The translations under genes were made by a program, and so were the position numbers. From the NCBI GenBank assembly GCA_965208125.1, contig OZ242320.1:3648001-3712000 (forward strand): DNA of 64,000 nt. The letters run 5' to 3'. Origin of the DNA: Candidatus Latescibacterota bacterium. Lineage in GTDB: Bacteria > Latescibacterota > UBA2968. Positions 10,398 to 21,300 of this stretch are shown in pieces. The notes under the pieces were generated by a model. That model was not told the origin of the DNA. It saw only the letters and a list, made by a program, of their open reading frames with translations, and ran no database searches. Within the stretch, counting starts at the first letter, position 1; every line of letters begins with the position of its first letter.

Positions 10398-12424
10398 AAA
10401 TGGCTCGTGTACTGAAAATGAGGACGTCCTGTTTGGGCGTCCTCTCTGTTTTTGTGTTAATGGCGTGTGTAACAGCAAATGCAGATTCAGTTGATTCGTT
10501 GCTGGCACGCGCGCAAAGCGATACGTTGAAACCGCTTGATTATCGCATTGATTTGCTTCGAAAAGCACTCAGTGTGGATGGTGATCGCGCAGATGTCTGT
10601 GCGGCATTGGGCGCGTTGTTTATGCAAAAGAACACGCCTGCGAGCAGGCTGCGTGCAGACCGCTATATTTATCGCGCAATTGTATTGGATCCTGAGAATA
10701 TAGACTATCATCTGTCTTACGCGACTCTGCAGCGCAAGAAGGGTTTTCGGTACAATGCCAGGCGATATTTTGAAAAGGTGCTCAGCATAGATTCAACGCA
10801 GGTTGAAGCAGCCTGTGAAGTGGGCGATTATTATTTGCAGGATATGTTGAAATACGTCGATGCGCGACGTTTTGACGGAGGTGGAAGTATGCGGTCTTTT
10901 GCAATGGAGAGTGTGCAAACGGCCGCGAATTATTACCACTACGCACTTGCACATGATCCCTATTGCAGGCGCGCGTATCACGGGTTGGGTATGCTGAGTA
11001 TAGAGGGTGGGTATAACGAGGATTTGATTGTTATTGCACGGGCACTTTTAGACCGATGGCCACAGGATCGGGACGGTCTTTTGTTTTTGGGATTGGGGTA
11101 TTATGCAGCCGAAAATTTTGAGGCAGCGGGCAAAGCATTTGATCGCGCGTACGCACAGATGGATTCGGTTGGGCAGGCGGCAATGACTTCAATAGAATTG
11201 TTGGGTGGTGGGGATGAGGCACACGCGCTTTTTTGGCAAAAGCGCGATCCTTTGTTTCTCACGCCTGTGAACGAAAGAAAGCTGGCACATCGCGGGCGGG
11301 TTGCTTATGCAAATTTGAGATTTGGTCTGCCCGATGAGGGGATTGCGGGTTGGGAAACGGATATGGGCAAGGTCTGGATCCGCTATGGTCGCTATGTCAA
11401 TCGCGTGAGAACGCTTATTCCGCATCGGGAGATCTGGACATACGAAGATTTTTCAATGGACTTTTTTTCTTATGATTCTGTGCATTGGAAATTGGAATCA
11501 ATGAAGGATGAGCGATGGGCACTCGTTCCAGGCGGGTGGGGCAGAAGTCAGATTCTGTCGTCCAATTTTTATTTGCCTGAGCGCTATGTCGATCCATATC
11601 GAGATCAAAAATACGGATTGCCCGTGCAGGTGGGATTTTTTAAGGCTGAGGAAGGACAGATCAAAGTGGCACTATCGTGGGGTATTCCCAAGCGTCAGTT
11701 GCAGTATCTCAAGCTCTATGAGACCTATCAAGTCGATTTAGATGCCGGTATTTTTGTACACAGAAGCAATGGGCAAGAGGTAACAAGTGCCAGATGGCAA
11801 CCAGAGGTATTGCGGGATGTTTGGACCGATTCATTAAAGGCGCAGTATTTATTGGGTCAACGCGATCTGGTTTTGGCAGCAGATCAACAAGACGCCGATT
11901 CACTTGCGTTGTCTTTAGAAATTAGAGATGTGGGAAAGAAAACAGTGGGCATGTTCCGCGATACCGTTTTTGTACAGGCATTTCCCGATGATGTGATTTC
12001 TATGAGTTCTGTATTGCTGGCTTCACACGTAGGGGAGAGCAAAGAGGGAATTGAAGTGACACCCAATCCGTTGAGAACTTTTGACGCGGACGAGTTGTTG
12101 TATATCTATTTTGAGATCTACAATCCGGTACGCGATGAGTTTGGGCAGACTGATTTCTCTGTGACGTACAGAGTCGGACCACCAGATTTGCGGCGTTTTT
12201 CCGATAAGCGAGATCGAAAGGCGATTGCGCAATTGGGTATAAGTGATGACAGGTGGCGTATTTCCGTTAGTACAGATTATCGAGGCGGGGATATGCTGGA
12301 GCCGATTTATTTATCTATTGATTTAAATGAACTGGGATCTGGCGTGCATCTGCTATCCATAGTCGTCACTGACCGTCAGACGGGGTTACAGGCCTGGCGA
12401 GAAATCCTGTTTCGCATTTTGTGA
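10394..12424 (+). CDS. GWxTD-domain protein with N-terminal TPRs
   Basis: FWQKRDP...RVAYANLRF...GWETDMGKVWIRYG motif; TPRs; signal peptide. The start could be 10400 or 10418. Confidence 0.85.
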   Translation: MKMARVLKMRTSCLGVLSVFVLMACVTANADSVDSLLARAQSDTLKPLDYRIDLLRKALSVDGDRADVCAALGALFMQKNTPASRLRADRYIYRAIVLDPENIDYHLSYATLQRKKGFRYNARRYFEKVLSIDSTQVEAACEVGDYYLQDMLKYVDARRFDGGGSMRSFAMESVQTAANYYHYALAHDPYCRRAYHGLGMLSIEGGYNEDLIVIARALLDRWPQDRDGLLFLGLGYYAAENFEAAGKAFDRAYAQMDSVGQAAMTSIELLGGGDEAHALFWQKRDPLFLTPVNERKLAHRGRVAYANLRFGLPDEGIAGWETDMGKVWIRYGRYVNRVRTLIPHREIWTYEDFSMDFFSYDSVHWKLESMKDERWALVPGGWGRSQILSSNFYLPERYVDPYRDQKYGLPVQVGFFKAEEGQIKVALSWGIPKRQLQYLKLYETYQVDLDAGIFVHRSNGQEVTSARWQPEVLRDVWTDSLKAQYLLGQRDLVLAADQQDADSLALSLEIRDVGKKTVGMFRDTVFVQAFPDDVISMSSVLLASHVGESKEGIEVTPNPLRTFDADELLYIYFEIYNPVRDEFGQTDFSVTYRVGPPDLRRFSDKRDRKAIAQLGISDDRWRISVSTDYRGGDMLEPIYLSIDLNELGSGVHLLSIVVTDRQTGLQAWREILFRIL

Positions 12425-12434
12425 CGTCAGGAAT

Positions 12435-13421
12435 TTATTTTTTTTTGTGCCAGAGGAGGCTAATCAATGGCGGACCGCCAAATAAAATAAAGCCGAAGAT
12501 CGCGACCGCGTGTACAGACGTGGCAAATGCCACTGCTATTTCTGTCGGCACATGGTAGAAGTGGTGGAGAGTTTCAGCGCAAAAGAAATGATAGGTGCCT
12601 ATACCCCCCGGAGCGGGAAGGACAAATCCGATCGTGGCGATGGTCATCACAACCATAGCTTCAAACAAGCCGAGGTTGTACTTATGTGATAGGTCAAAAC
12701 TATAGAAGGGCAAGTACATAGCGAACAGATAAAGGCTGTTGAGAATCAGGGTTGACACCAATATCCCCGCGTAGCCTTCCACAGTGTGAATAGCTCTCAT
12801 TCCCTGTAAAAAAGAACGCAAAATGTGGGTTGCACCATCGGCCAGCCGGGGAGAGAGGCGTGCCAGCAGGCGGTGGAAAATGGACAGGCCGCGTTCTTCG
12901 CGGGCGGAGAGCAGTCCTAAAAATACGAAAGCAAACAGAATGAGGGGCAATGTCAGTAAGGCGACTGGTTCAAGCCAGGGAAATGCCGCGCCGATCTGCT
13001 CTCTGGCAAAAAACAAAACCACGCCAAAGATGATCAAGAGGGTGAGTACATCGAGCAAGCGTTCTACAATCACTGTCGCCAGGATTGCACCGATGCCGGT
13101 AGGGTGATCCCTTTCGAGGGCAAGGGCACGCGCAACTTCGCCAGCGCGTGGGAATACGACATTGCCCGCATAGGCGACCATGACAGCCCAAAATGCCGAG
13201 CGAATGGAAATATTTGAGGCAACGGGCAATAGCAAAATGCGCCAACGCCAGGCTCGGGGCAAACCCGAAAGGATTATTGCGATGGCCGATAAGAGCAACC
13301 ACAGGGGATTGGCTGTTTGGAGGGCCTCCACAAGGAGCGTTCCATCGACATCTCTAAACGCTGCCCAGAGAAAGGTCCCCATTAGCACGAGACTGGCTGC
13401 GAGTTTGAGAAAGTTTTTCAT
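12435..13421 (-). CDS. Lysylphosphatidylglycerol synthase TM-domain (flippase-like) membrane protein
   Basis: RAWRW, PRAGEVAR, ERLLD and PGGIG motifs; multiple TMs. Confidence 0.88.
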   Translation of the reverse strand: MKNFLKLAASLVLMGTFLWAAFRDVDGTLLVEALQTANPLWLLLSAIAIILSGLPRAWRWRILLLPVASNISIRSAFWAVMVAYAGNVVFPRAGEVARALALERDHPTGIGAILATVIVERLLDVLTLLIIFGVVLFFAREQIGAAFPWLEPVALLTLPLILFAFVFLGLLSAREERGLSIFHRLLARLSPRLADGATHILRSFLQGMRAIHTVEGYAGILVSTLILNSLYLFAMYLPFYSFDLSHKYNLGLFEAMVVMTIATIGFVLPAPGGIGTYHFFCAETLHHFYHVPTEIAVAFATSVHAVAIFGFILFGGPPLISLLWHKKK

Positions 13422-14308
13422 GATAGGCCATATCCCAGACTGCGGAGGGCGGTGTCTTTTTTGCGCCAGTTCTCATAGACTTTGACGTGCAGGTCGAGGT
13501 AAATTGGACGTTCCAAAAAGGCCTCGATTTTTTTTCGTGCCTGATGTCCAATGGTTTTGAGGGTCTTACCCTTCCGTCCGATGACAATGCCTTTTTGTGA
13601 ATTGCGTTCGACAATAATATTGGCTTGAATATAGACTTTGGGGCGGTTTTCTTCAAAAGCCTCAATGCTGATTGCCGTTGCATAAGGTAATTCTTGACGC
13701 AGGTGGTGAAACACTTCTTCGCGAATGAGTTCCGCAACAAAAAATCTTTCGGGCTGTTCGGTGAGTATATCCTCCGGGTAGTATTGTGGTCCTTCTGGCA
13801 GTGCATGGCGCAGAGTTGTATGAAGCTCTTGCAGGCCCTGTCCAGTGATGGCCGACACAGATAAGACGGTCTGCGTCGCGAGTGAGGTGCGAATCTGTTG
13901 CTCGCAGCGTTGTGCTCGCGCGCGCGAGATGAGGTCGGTCTTGTTTACGGCAATGATTTTTGGAATATTCCATTGTCCAAAGGTTTGTCGCACTTCGGCG
14001 TCATAGGAAGTGTCAAATTCTGAACCATCAACGATGCCCAAAAGCACATCGGCACTTTGATATGCACGCCCAATTTGCCGGTTCATAAATTCGTGAAGGC
14101 GATAGCGCGCAGACAAGATACCGGGGGTGTCGAGAAATATCATTTGAGTCTGTTTATCTGTGACAATCCCCAGGATATTATTGCGAGTTGTTTGGGGTTT
14201 GGGCGAAATAATGGATAGACGCTCCCCTACGAGTGCATTAAAAAGCGTGGATTTGCCAACATTGGTGCGTCCGGCGATTATGATATATCCAGATTTGAAA
14301 GTCATCAC
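13418..14308 (-). CDS. era: GTPase Era
   Basis: GRTNVGKST, PQTTR, DTPG, NKTD, and KH-domain SQKGIVIG. Confidence 0.97.
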   Translation of the reverse strand: MMTFKSGYIIIAGRTNVGKSTLFNALVGERLSIISPKPQTTRNNILGIVTDKQTQMIFLDTPGILSARYRLHEFMNRQIGRAYQSADVLLGIVDGSEFDTSYDAEVRQTFGQWNIPKIIAVNKTDLISRARAQRCEQQIRTSLATQTVLSVSAITGQGLQELHTTLRHALPEGPQYYPEDILTEQPERFFVAELIREEVFHHLRQELPYATAISIEAFEENRPKVYIQANIIVERNSQKGIVIGRKGKTLKTIGHQARKKIEAFLERPIYLDLHVKVYENWRKKDTALRSLGYGLS

Positions 14309-14315
14309 TCTCCAA

Positions 14316-15287
14316 TCAAAAAAATAAACTGGCCGAAATGCGGTACGTATTGTCGAGTTGGTCGTGTTCCATGAAGGCGAAGTCTACGCCAATCCGACGA
14401 AGTTGCAAGCCAGTGCCTGCTGTAAAGTGCCCGTCTTTGTATCCGAGGCGAAATGCAAGGCGGCGTTGCAAGCGGTATTCTATACCGAGTTGTATGCTGC
14501 GTGTTTTTTCCAGTGTTGATTTTTTATCATTCAGGTGTGTGCTAAAACCGACTTTCATATCGCCGCCGGGCACCCTGTGGTGGAGGGCGGAGCCAATGAG
14601 AAGAGATGGGGAAATACGATCTACAATGCCGTCGGGAAATGCAATGCGCGTTTTTGTGAGATCGCGTATTGTCGCGCCAATGCGAAACATCGATGTGGGC
14701 AGATAGAGCAGACCGATGTCCAGGCCAAAGCCACTTCCGATGCCCACGCTGAGATCGCGTCTGATCATTTTTATACCTGCCCCAAGACGCAATTTATCTG
14801 TGATATGTCGGCCATAAGCAATTCGAAAGACGTAATCTGCCGTGCCGCTTTTATCGATTATTACGGGGCGATTGTCTGGACCAATTGGACGGTCAGAATC
14901 TTCCAGGCCCGTCAGAGCAATCCCATCAACGCCAGCGCGAACAATGCCCAGACCAATGCCGCCTTTTCTTATGGGCAAGCGCAATGCAAAAATATCTTGA
15001 TTCACACTGCCGCCAAATTGCTCTGCATGTTGTAAGTGAATTTCACGTTTTGGCAGCGATGAACTGCTGTCCAGTCCAGGGTTGTACACCTCTGGAGCAA
15101 GTCCTGCGGGATTCCAATAGATCGCCGTTGCATCAAAACTGATCGCGACATAAGCACTGCCCATGCCCAGGGCGCGGGCACCGGCACCCAATAAGAGTGG
15201 ATCCCCTGCATAATGGGATGTCTGCGCATGGGTTGGGCTTGTAAGCGCGCACGCGCAATACAATGCCAGGGTCGCAAGGCGTTTCAA
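14316..15287 (-). CDS. PorV/PorQ-family outer-membrane protein
   Basis: GARALGMG...YWNPAGL signature, signal peptide, beta-strand C-terminus ending in FF. Confidence 0.82.
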   Translation of the reverse strand: MKRLATLALYCACALTSPTHAQTSHYAGDPLLLGAGARALGMGSAYVAISFDATAIYWNPAGLAPEVYNPGLDSSSSLPKREIHLQHAEQFGGSVNQDIFALRLPIRKGGIGLGIVRAGVDGIALTGLEDSDRPIGPDNRPVIIDKSGTADYVFRIAYGRHITDKLRLGAGIKMIRRDLSVGIGSGFGLDIGLLYLPTSMFRIGATIRDLTKTRIAFPDGIVDRISPSLLIGSALHHRVPGGDMKVGFSTHLNDKKSTLEKTRSIQLGIEYRLQRRLAFRLGYKDGHFTAGTGLQLRRIGVDFAFMEHDQLDNTYRISASLFF

Positions 15288-15880
15288 TGATTGGCCTCTG
15301 CATGGGGGATGAAGATGGCGATATTGCCGGGGTGCAATGCCGACCCCAGGGCTTTGATGTCGAGAGGAGATAAAGTGAGGTACGGGGCAGCACCTGCTAA
15401 AATTCCGTCCGCTCGAATGACGAGATTTGGCGTAAAGTAGAGGCGGGAACGGTGGCGAGGCCCTTCTATCAGGCGCCCGGAGAAGTCGAGGGGAAAAAGC
15501 CGCCCGCGAAGTCGCAGATTTGCATTGCCGGGTTCAACAGAGATGGGATCAATTCTGTTTATAAAGTGGTAGTTCTGAGTGAGGCGTGTTTCTATGGGCG
15601 ACAAGTTGAGAATAGGGCATGTTCTCAGCACGTTGCCCTGTAATTTGAGGTGAATTTGTTTGGACGAAAGGTCTATAATAAGGTAGAAATCGCCCGGTGA
15701 TGTTTTGACTTGATCAAGTTCGCGAACAAGGGCTTCGCGGTAGTTTTGGAGAACGATTTGGTCCTGACCAAATACAGGTATTTCCACCATAAGGAAACAA
15801 ATTAGTAGATATAGACCCGGTCGCCAACTTGAAGTGAGCGATACACAAAAGCCAGGTCTTCGTCGTTGAGGCGAATACAT
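15284..15880 (-). CDS. Degenerate YkuD-like protein (start uncertain, possibly about 15790)
   Basis: YLIIDLSSKQIHL and final ALHPGNIAIF segments resemble YkuD edges, but no HG...C catalytic motif; overlaps the upstream L,D-transpeptidase gene. Confidence 0.5.
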   Translation of the reverse strand: MYSPQRRRPGFCVSLTSSWRPGLYLLICFLMVEIPVFGQDQIVLQNYREALVRELDQVKTSPGDFYLIIDLSSKQIHLKLQGNVLRTCPILNLSPIETRLTQNYHFINRIDPISVEPGNANLRLRGRLFPLDFSGRLIEGPRHRSRLYFTPNLVIRADGILAGAAPYLTLSPLDIKALGSALHPGNIAIFIPHAEANH

Positions 15881-16386
15881 CCGTGCGTGATATGCCGTCC
15901 GAGCAATGTGGGATAAAGGGTGCCGTGAATTTCGTACCCATCGCCCAATTTAAGAGCGTAAGCACCGAGGGTTGTCTGATCGAGACGCCGAAATTCCCAG
16001 GGCAATACAGTGGGTTCTTCACCATTTTCGATAAAGGCCCACAGGGGCTTGGCCCAGATGGGGTCTGTCACTTTGTGCAAAATAGTTCTGACACCCAATG
16101 GGGTGTAAAATTGCCAGCGTGCCGAAGCACCCGGATGAAGCAGTACTTTGCCGCTGCCTGTCGCACACGCAGCTTCTCGTATTATCTGGTTATTGTACCA
16201 AACTTGAAGACGGTTATGTACGGTATCAATAACGATGTAGGTTTCTGCTGAGTGTCGTTTTAACGCTTCCTGCAGTGATGCGATGTCAGCTTTGAGTTGT
16301 TCGATCTCTGTTTCTCGCGCGGGTATATGCAGGGAAAAACAGAAGAACAAATAGAGAGCGAGCAATATGGTGTAAAAGCTGTGCAT
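15802..16386 (-). CDS. L,D-transpeptidase (YkuD family)
   Basis: IHGT...ITHGCIRL catalytic motif; signal peptide and short coiled coil. Confidence 0.92.
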   Translation of the reverse strand: MHSFYTILLALYLFFCFSLHIPARETEIEQLKADIASLQEALKRHSAETYIVIDTVHNRLQVWYNNQIIREAACATGSGKVLLHPGASARWQFYTPLGVRTILHKVTDPIWAKPLWAFIENGEEPTVLPWEFRRLDQTTLGAYALKLGDGYEIHGTLYPTLLGRHITHGCIRLNDEDLAFVYRSLQVGDRVYIY

Positions 16387-16404
16387 GTATGGCTCAGAAA
16401 TTGT

Positions 16405-16438
16405 AAAACCGAGGTGCTTTTTGCGCGCCTCGGTTTTT
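16405..16438 (-). terminator. Terminator-like hairpin after the lipoprotein gene
   Basis: aaaaccgagg...cctcggtttt inverted repeat with A/T tails. Confidence 0.65.
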
Positions 16439-16472
16439 GTCTTTATCTAAGAAGATATTTAGATGGTGTTAC

Positions 16473-17099
16473 CTACAGGCGGAAGTACCAGGGTTTATGT
16501 CGCTCTTTCCAATCTTCGATTTTCTGGAGCGCGACCGAAACAGCTCCCTGAACCTCAGCAAGTTTGTTTTCTGCATCCTGAGCTTGAGCAAGAGCATCTC
16601 TGTATTGCCCGTTGTCGAGGCTGCTGCGTGCATCGCTTATACTGGTCTCGGCCTGATTCAGATCGGCGTTGAGTTGATCGAGATCATCGTCTGCGCCTTT
16701 TCCCCGAGGTGCTTCGCCCAAACCGACTCTGGTATCTGAAATACCGGGCATTACGCGTTCGATAATTGCCTGGGTATCGGCCTCCAGTTGCCTATTGGTA
16801 TCAGCTTCTGATTTGGCGCTATTGGCTAACTCTAGAGCTTCTACATAAAGAGGCTCGGCCTCGTCAAATTTATTAAAAAAGAAGAACTTTTTTTCTTCAA
16901 ACTTCTTGGCGGCACTGTCTATGGCAGCAGTTGCTATGCGATATGCTTCGGGCGCATAAGCCTCGGCCTGAGCCGCTTGGGCTGCGGCATAAGCGGCCTC
17001 AGTATCTGCTTTCAATTTTACCAATTGTTCGGAAGGCCCACAACCCGTTATGGCAAGTGCCATAACCAGAACAGTGCAAAGGCTTAAAATGGATCGCAT
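16473..17099 (-). CDS. Ala-rich helical lipoprotein
   Basis: Lipobox ITGC, AAGGAG RBS before MRSILS, helical Ala-rich body (AYAPE motif). Confidence 0.8.
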   Translation of the reverse strand: MRSILSLCTVLVMALAITGCGPSEQLVKLKADTEAAYAAAQAAQAEAYAPEAYRIATAAIDSAAKKFEEKKFFFFNKFDEAEPLYVEALELANSAKSEADTNRQLEADTQAIIERVMPGISDTRVGLGEAPRGKGADDDLDQLNADLNQAETSISDARSSLDNGQYRDALAQAQDAENKLAEVQGAVSVALQKIEDWKERHKPWYFRL

Positions 17100-17156
17100 C
17101 CTTAGACTCCTTGAGTTTGTTGTCAATAAAGGCTTTACGCATTGCTTTCTTTGCGG

Positions 17157-17185
17157 AAGATAAAACACAAATTTCCGCTTGTCAA
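17157..17185 (-). promoter_or_regulatory. Sigma70-like promoter
   Basis: TTGACA-17nt-TATCTT on the minus strand upstream of 17099. Confidence 0.65.
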
Positions 17186-17241
17186 CACCAATTTTGGGAT
17201 ATGGGAAATGGCGTTGAGCAGTTGGTGACGATGTATTTTAT

Positions 17242-18093
17242 TTATCGCCGTTCACTTTTTTTATAAAAAAGTTTGTTCAGTGGGCTTTTGGGGGCCGTAA
17301 GGTATTTGGCTTCGTCGGGCGTCAGGGCTTTGTCAAAGATGGCGATTTCGTCGATCTGTCCGGGGTATTTGTAATGATTAAATCGCATCACGAGGGTTTC
17401 TATATCCCAGGTCATATTCTGCTGAAGCGGACCTTTGCGTCCTGCTTCCACGCCATCTATATACAGTGCCCATTCTGCATCGGCTTTGCCGCTGTTAAAG
17501 TTGGACCATGTAATCGCGACGTGGTGCCAGTCATTTGCACGCCAATTGACGGGAATAGAAATCACGTATTTATCGACCTCGCTATCGCCAATTTCCTGTT
17601 TTTTATCGGGATAACATCCAAACCGAAGCGTGCCATCGGCTTTTTTGAAATCGACGAATACAACTGCGTCATCCCACGGATATTTTTCACCATCTTTTTT
17701 TCCTACATGAAAAGGTTCTGGATAATTGTCTTCAAAGCTGGCGATGTCGGTTTGGAGCCAGAATGCAATGCTGCCAGACCACGCGCTGTTTGCACTGTAG
17801 GCGAGGTTGTTTTTACCGCTGTAATTGAGCGCGCCTGCATTTGGGTTAAAAGCCAAATACCCGTCGGGATTGCCACCCTGCTTAATGTGGTTGGTATTGG
17901 CTGTGTCAAAGGTCGCCAACGGATCGCCGAGGCTATCGAGGGCATCCACGCCTTTTTCAAAGTTAGCAAAAAAAAGTATGTGTGCTCGCAGGCTCTCTTC
18001 AATGGCCTTTTCGGGACCACCACAAGCTGTTGTGATTACCAGAAATACGAGGGTTAGAGTGCCGCGAGATATATGGGGAAGATGGAACGACAT
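17242..18093 (-). CDS. LamG-like jellyroll-fold lipoprotein
   Basis: Lipobox TTAC; SIAFW, WHHVAITW, LYIDG and GQIDEIAIFDKALT motifs. Confidence 0.85.
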   Translation of the reverse strand: MSFHLPHISRGTLTLVFLVITTACGGPEKAIEESLRAHILFFANFEKGVDALDSLGDPLATFDTANTNHIKQGGNPDGYLAFNPNAGALNYSGKNNLAYSANSAWSGSIAFWLQTDIASFEDNYPEPFHVGKKDGEKYPWDDAVVFVDFKKADGTLRFGCYPDKKQEIGDSEVDKYVISIPVNWRANDWHHVAITWSNFNSGKADAEWALYIDGVEAGRKGPLQQNMTWDIETLVMRFNHYKYPGQIDEIAIFDKALTPDEAKYLTAPKSPLNKLFYKKSERR

Positions 18094-18147
18094 GTGTAAG
18101 GTCTCCTAAAAAAAAATTGGCGCGTTGTTAAGTTGAGTGTACAAGTT

Positions 18148-18176
18148 GATATACTTCCAAAATGCGGGTATGTCAA
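18148..18176 (-). promoter_or_regulatory. Sigma70-like promoter (divergent)
   Basis: TTGACA-17nt-TATATC on the minus strand. Confidence 0.5.
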
Positions 18177-18249
18177 TACTAAAATCACGAGATTACTAAA
18201 GATAGCTTAAGTAATCGAAAAACTAACTGTGTGCGTCTCGGAAATTGTC

Positions 18250-18278
18250 TTGACATCTCAAAAGTTATTTGTTAGCAT
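18250..18278 (+). promoter_or_regulatory. Sigma70-like promoter
   Basis: TTGACA-17nt-TAGCAT with extended TG; supports the start at 18328. Confidence 0.65.
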
Positions 18279-18327
18279 AAAAATTCAATTTTTTAAAATG
18301 TTCAGCATTTTAACAGGAGCCTCCTCG

Positions 18328-21300
18328 ATGCGTAAAATCGGCACAGGTATTCTCTGGGTCATCACGATTTTGATGTTGTCTTCGGTGACCATTTTTAATC
18401 CGGGACAGGTGACGGATTTTTTTGTCACGCTTTTTAATATTAAACCGAGTATTCCCGAACTCAAACCCATTGAAATTTCAGAACGCGATCGAGAAATTCG
18501 ATCCATTGCAGCGTCCATTACACAAGAAGATGTGCATCAAATCATTGCCGACCTGTCGGGGATGGGGTCTCGGGTGCCTGGCTATGCGGGGCACAGGCAG
18601 GCTTTTGAATATGTCAAACAGCATTTTGAGCAATTTGGTCTTGAAGATATCGTGGTCGAAGAGCACACGGTAACGGTTCCTATCGACAAAGGTGCTTCAC
18701 TCACTTTGACGGATACCGGTGAAGAAATTGCGATCTACGGTTTTTGGCCCAACCATGTACAAACGCCCTCTGTGCCCAGCGCTGGAATTTCGGGGGCACT
18801 TATTTATGGGGGCCAGGGGTCATTTTCAGAACTGAATGGCAAAAAGGTCGAAGGCAGCATTGTCCTGATGGACTTCGATTGTGGCCAGGGCTATTTAAGC
18901 CCGCGTATGCTGGGGGCGCAGGCCATTTTATTTTACGACAATGGGCGGGTTACACAGGGGCAAGCTATGGATAAGTTTTTGCCCGTGCCCGTTGATGTGC
19001 CCCGGTTCTGGGTCAAAAAAGACGATGCTGTGCGTTTGCTCGAACTGGCCCAAATGCAATCTCCCGAAGTGCGTTTAACATCAAAGATGGATTGGGAAGA
19101 GGTGCCGACCTGGAATATTTTTGCAACTCTTCCAGGATCCGAAGACTATATCACGGAGCGCGAAGAGCGCAAGTGGAAAGATCAGCAGATTGTGTTGAGT
19201 GCTTTTTACGATGCCATTTCCGTGGTACCCGCTCTTGCGCCGGGTGCTGAAAATGCGTCGGGGATGGCTGCGCTTTTACACACTGCCCGCGTGTTGAAAC
19301 AGAATCCGCCCAAATATTCGGTAACCTTTTTGGCAACGGGTTCTCATTTTCAAGGTCTGGCTGGCATCAATGATTTTGTGTATCGCCACTCGCGCGAAAG
19401 CGATCATTTCCGCGATAAGATTCCCGATAGTGTGTCGGTTGCTGGTGCTTATCTCGATGGCGAACTTATTCCGCGCGACAGCGAAGATTTTGAAGAACTC
19501 ATTCCCAATAGCTATAAAATCGATTTCCGGTTATTTATCGGGTTGGACCTGTCGAGTGAATCCGATCAGTTGGCGAGCTTTTCGCACGGCACTTTTAACA
19601 ACCCAAATTGGCAGACAGACAATTATTTGAATAATCTGCTGGCGCCTTATGCGGATAAATTCGATAAATATATGGCCAAAGTTTTTCCGGACGAAGACGT
19701 GCGCCATGTCGATGCGATTGCACCGCCAAAACGCACCTGGAAGAATTTTATGCCCATTCGCCTGGGATTTGATAGCGAGGCCGTTACTTTTGTTGGGAAA
19801 GAAGGCATTACACTGGCAACGCCATCAACCGTGAGGCGGTTTGTCGATACGCCTATTGATCGCGTTGAACACGTCAATATGGACAATTTGACGCGCCAGA
19901 TCCAAACGGCGATCGCTGCCATGATGAAAGCGGGCGAAGATCCCGAGTTTTTCCGGGTGTCCAAGCTCAAACTGCAAGATCGGGGACACAGTTTGAGAGG
20001 GCAGGTATTGTGGTTTGATCGCAATGTCGATTTCGCGTTGCCCCGCGTGCCTGTCCCAGGGGGGGTTGCGACGTATCGACAGCCAGGCAATGTTCATAGC
20101 TGTGCGGGGGTGCGTACGCTGATTATTGACAAGACGACAGAAGGTCCCATTTACGATATCGATAAATTGGCAGACAATCAGACAGAAGATGCAGATCTAA
20201 AATTGTTTGGCGACAAAGAGAAGGTAAAGGAAACTGGATGGTTTTCCTTTGATATTATGCGAAATCGGTTTACCAATCGCATTTTGGCTTATGATATTGA
20301 TGAAGAGGGGACAATTACGTCGGCACCCGACATGGGGACTGAGGGCGACAAAAAATTCCCACTGACGCAGCGATATGGCTGGTGGGAAAATGAAATGCTG
20401 ACAGTTCTGTTTAAGAGCCGCTCCATCAGCGTTTTTGAAATTATCGACTCGAGCTATTTGTCCGCGCTCGATTTTATGACGGTGCTCAACGACAACGATA
20501 CGCAGCCCATAGAATTTGGCTATACGTATTTGCCGGGACAAAGCACCAAAGAGGGCGACGTGACGCGCGCTGCCGTGACGTTTGCGCGTGTGGATGAATA
20601 CACGGGAGAAGCCGAGCGGTTGAAAGTTTTGATGAGTACGGGCTTGTTTGGTGTTAAGTATTTGCTGATCAATGCGCCCCAGAAGTTTTTGGACAATCCC
20701 GTTGATAAAAGCGAGGTAAATCCCGAGCTTCTGGAAGAGGCGCGAGGTGAGGGGTATGAACCAGGTGTCATTTTCAGACCTTCGTATCAGGCCGCTAAGG
20801 ATATGTGGGTAATTGACGATGTGCGGATGAAACAGTTGGCGCAATTTGGTATTGAAAACAATCGGCTCACCCTGTTGCACAACAGCGCGCGTGAGGCATT
20901 GATCGAAGCGCGTCAGCACCTTGAAAATTTGGATTATGAAGGGTTTATGAACGCATCCCGACGGGCCTGGGGGCTGGAGGCGCGGGGGTATCCCGAAGTG
21001 ATGGCGACGGCCAATGATACTGTGCGGGGTATTATTTTTTATTTTATTTTGTTGTTGCCGTTTTCATTTTTCTGTGAGCGGTTGTTGATCGGCGCGTCGA
21101 GTATTACCGCGCGATTGAGTTGGTTTGCCGCATTTTTTGTATTTTTCTTTATCGTTTTGCGCTTTGTCCATCCGGCTTTTCAGTTGAGCAATTCCCCCTA
21201 TATTATTTTTCTCGCATTTGTGATTATGGCACTCGGCGGCGTGGCGATGGTTATTGTGGTGTCTAAATTTGGCGATGAAGTACGCAAGATGAAGCAGGCG

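Noticed and set aside
17374-18057. Long antisense/alternate-frame ORFs (e.g. 17374-18057, 20197-20919, 27611-28345, 60357-61109)
   Set aside because: They overlap well-supported genes and show no motifs or RBS; shadow ORFs.
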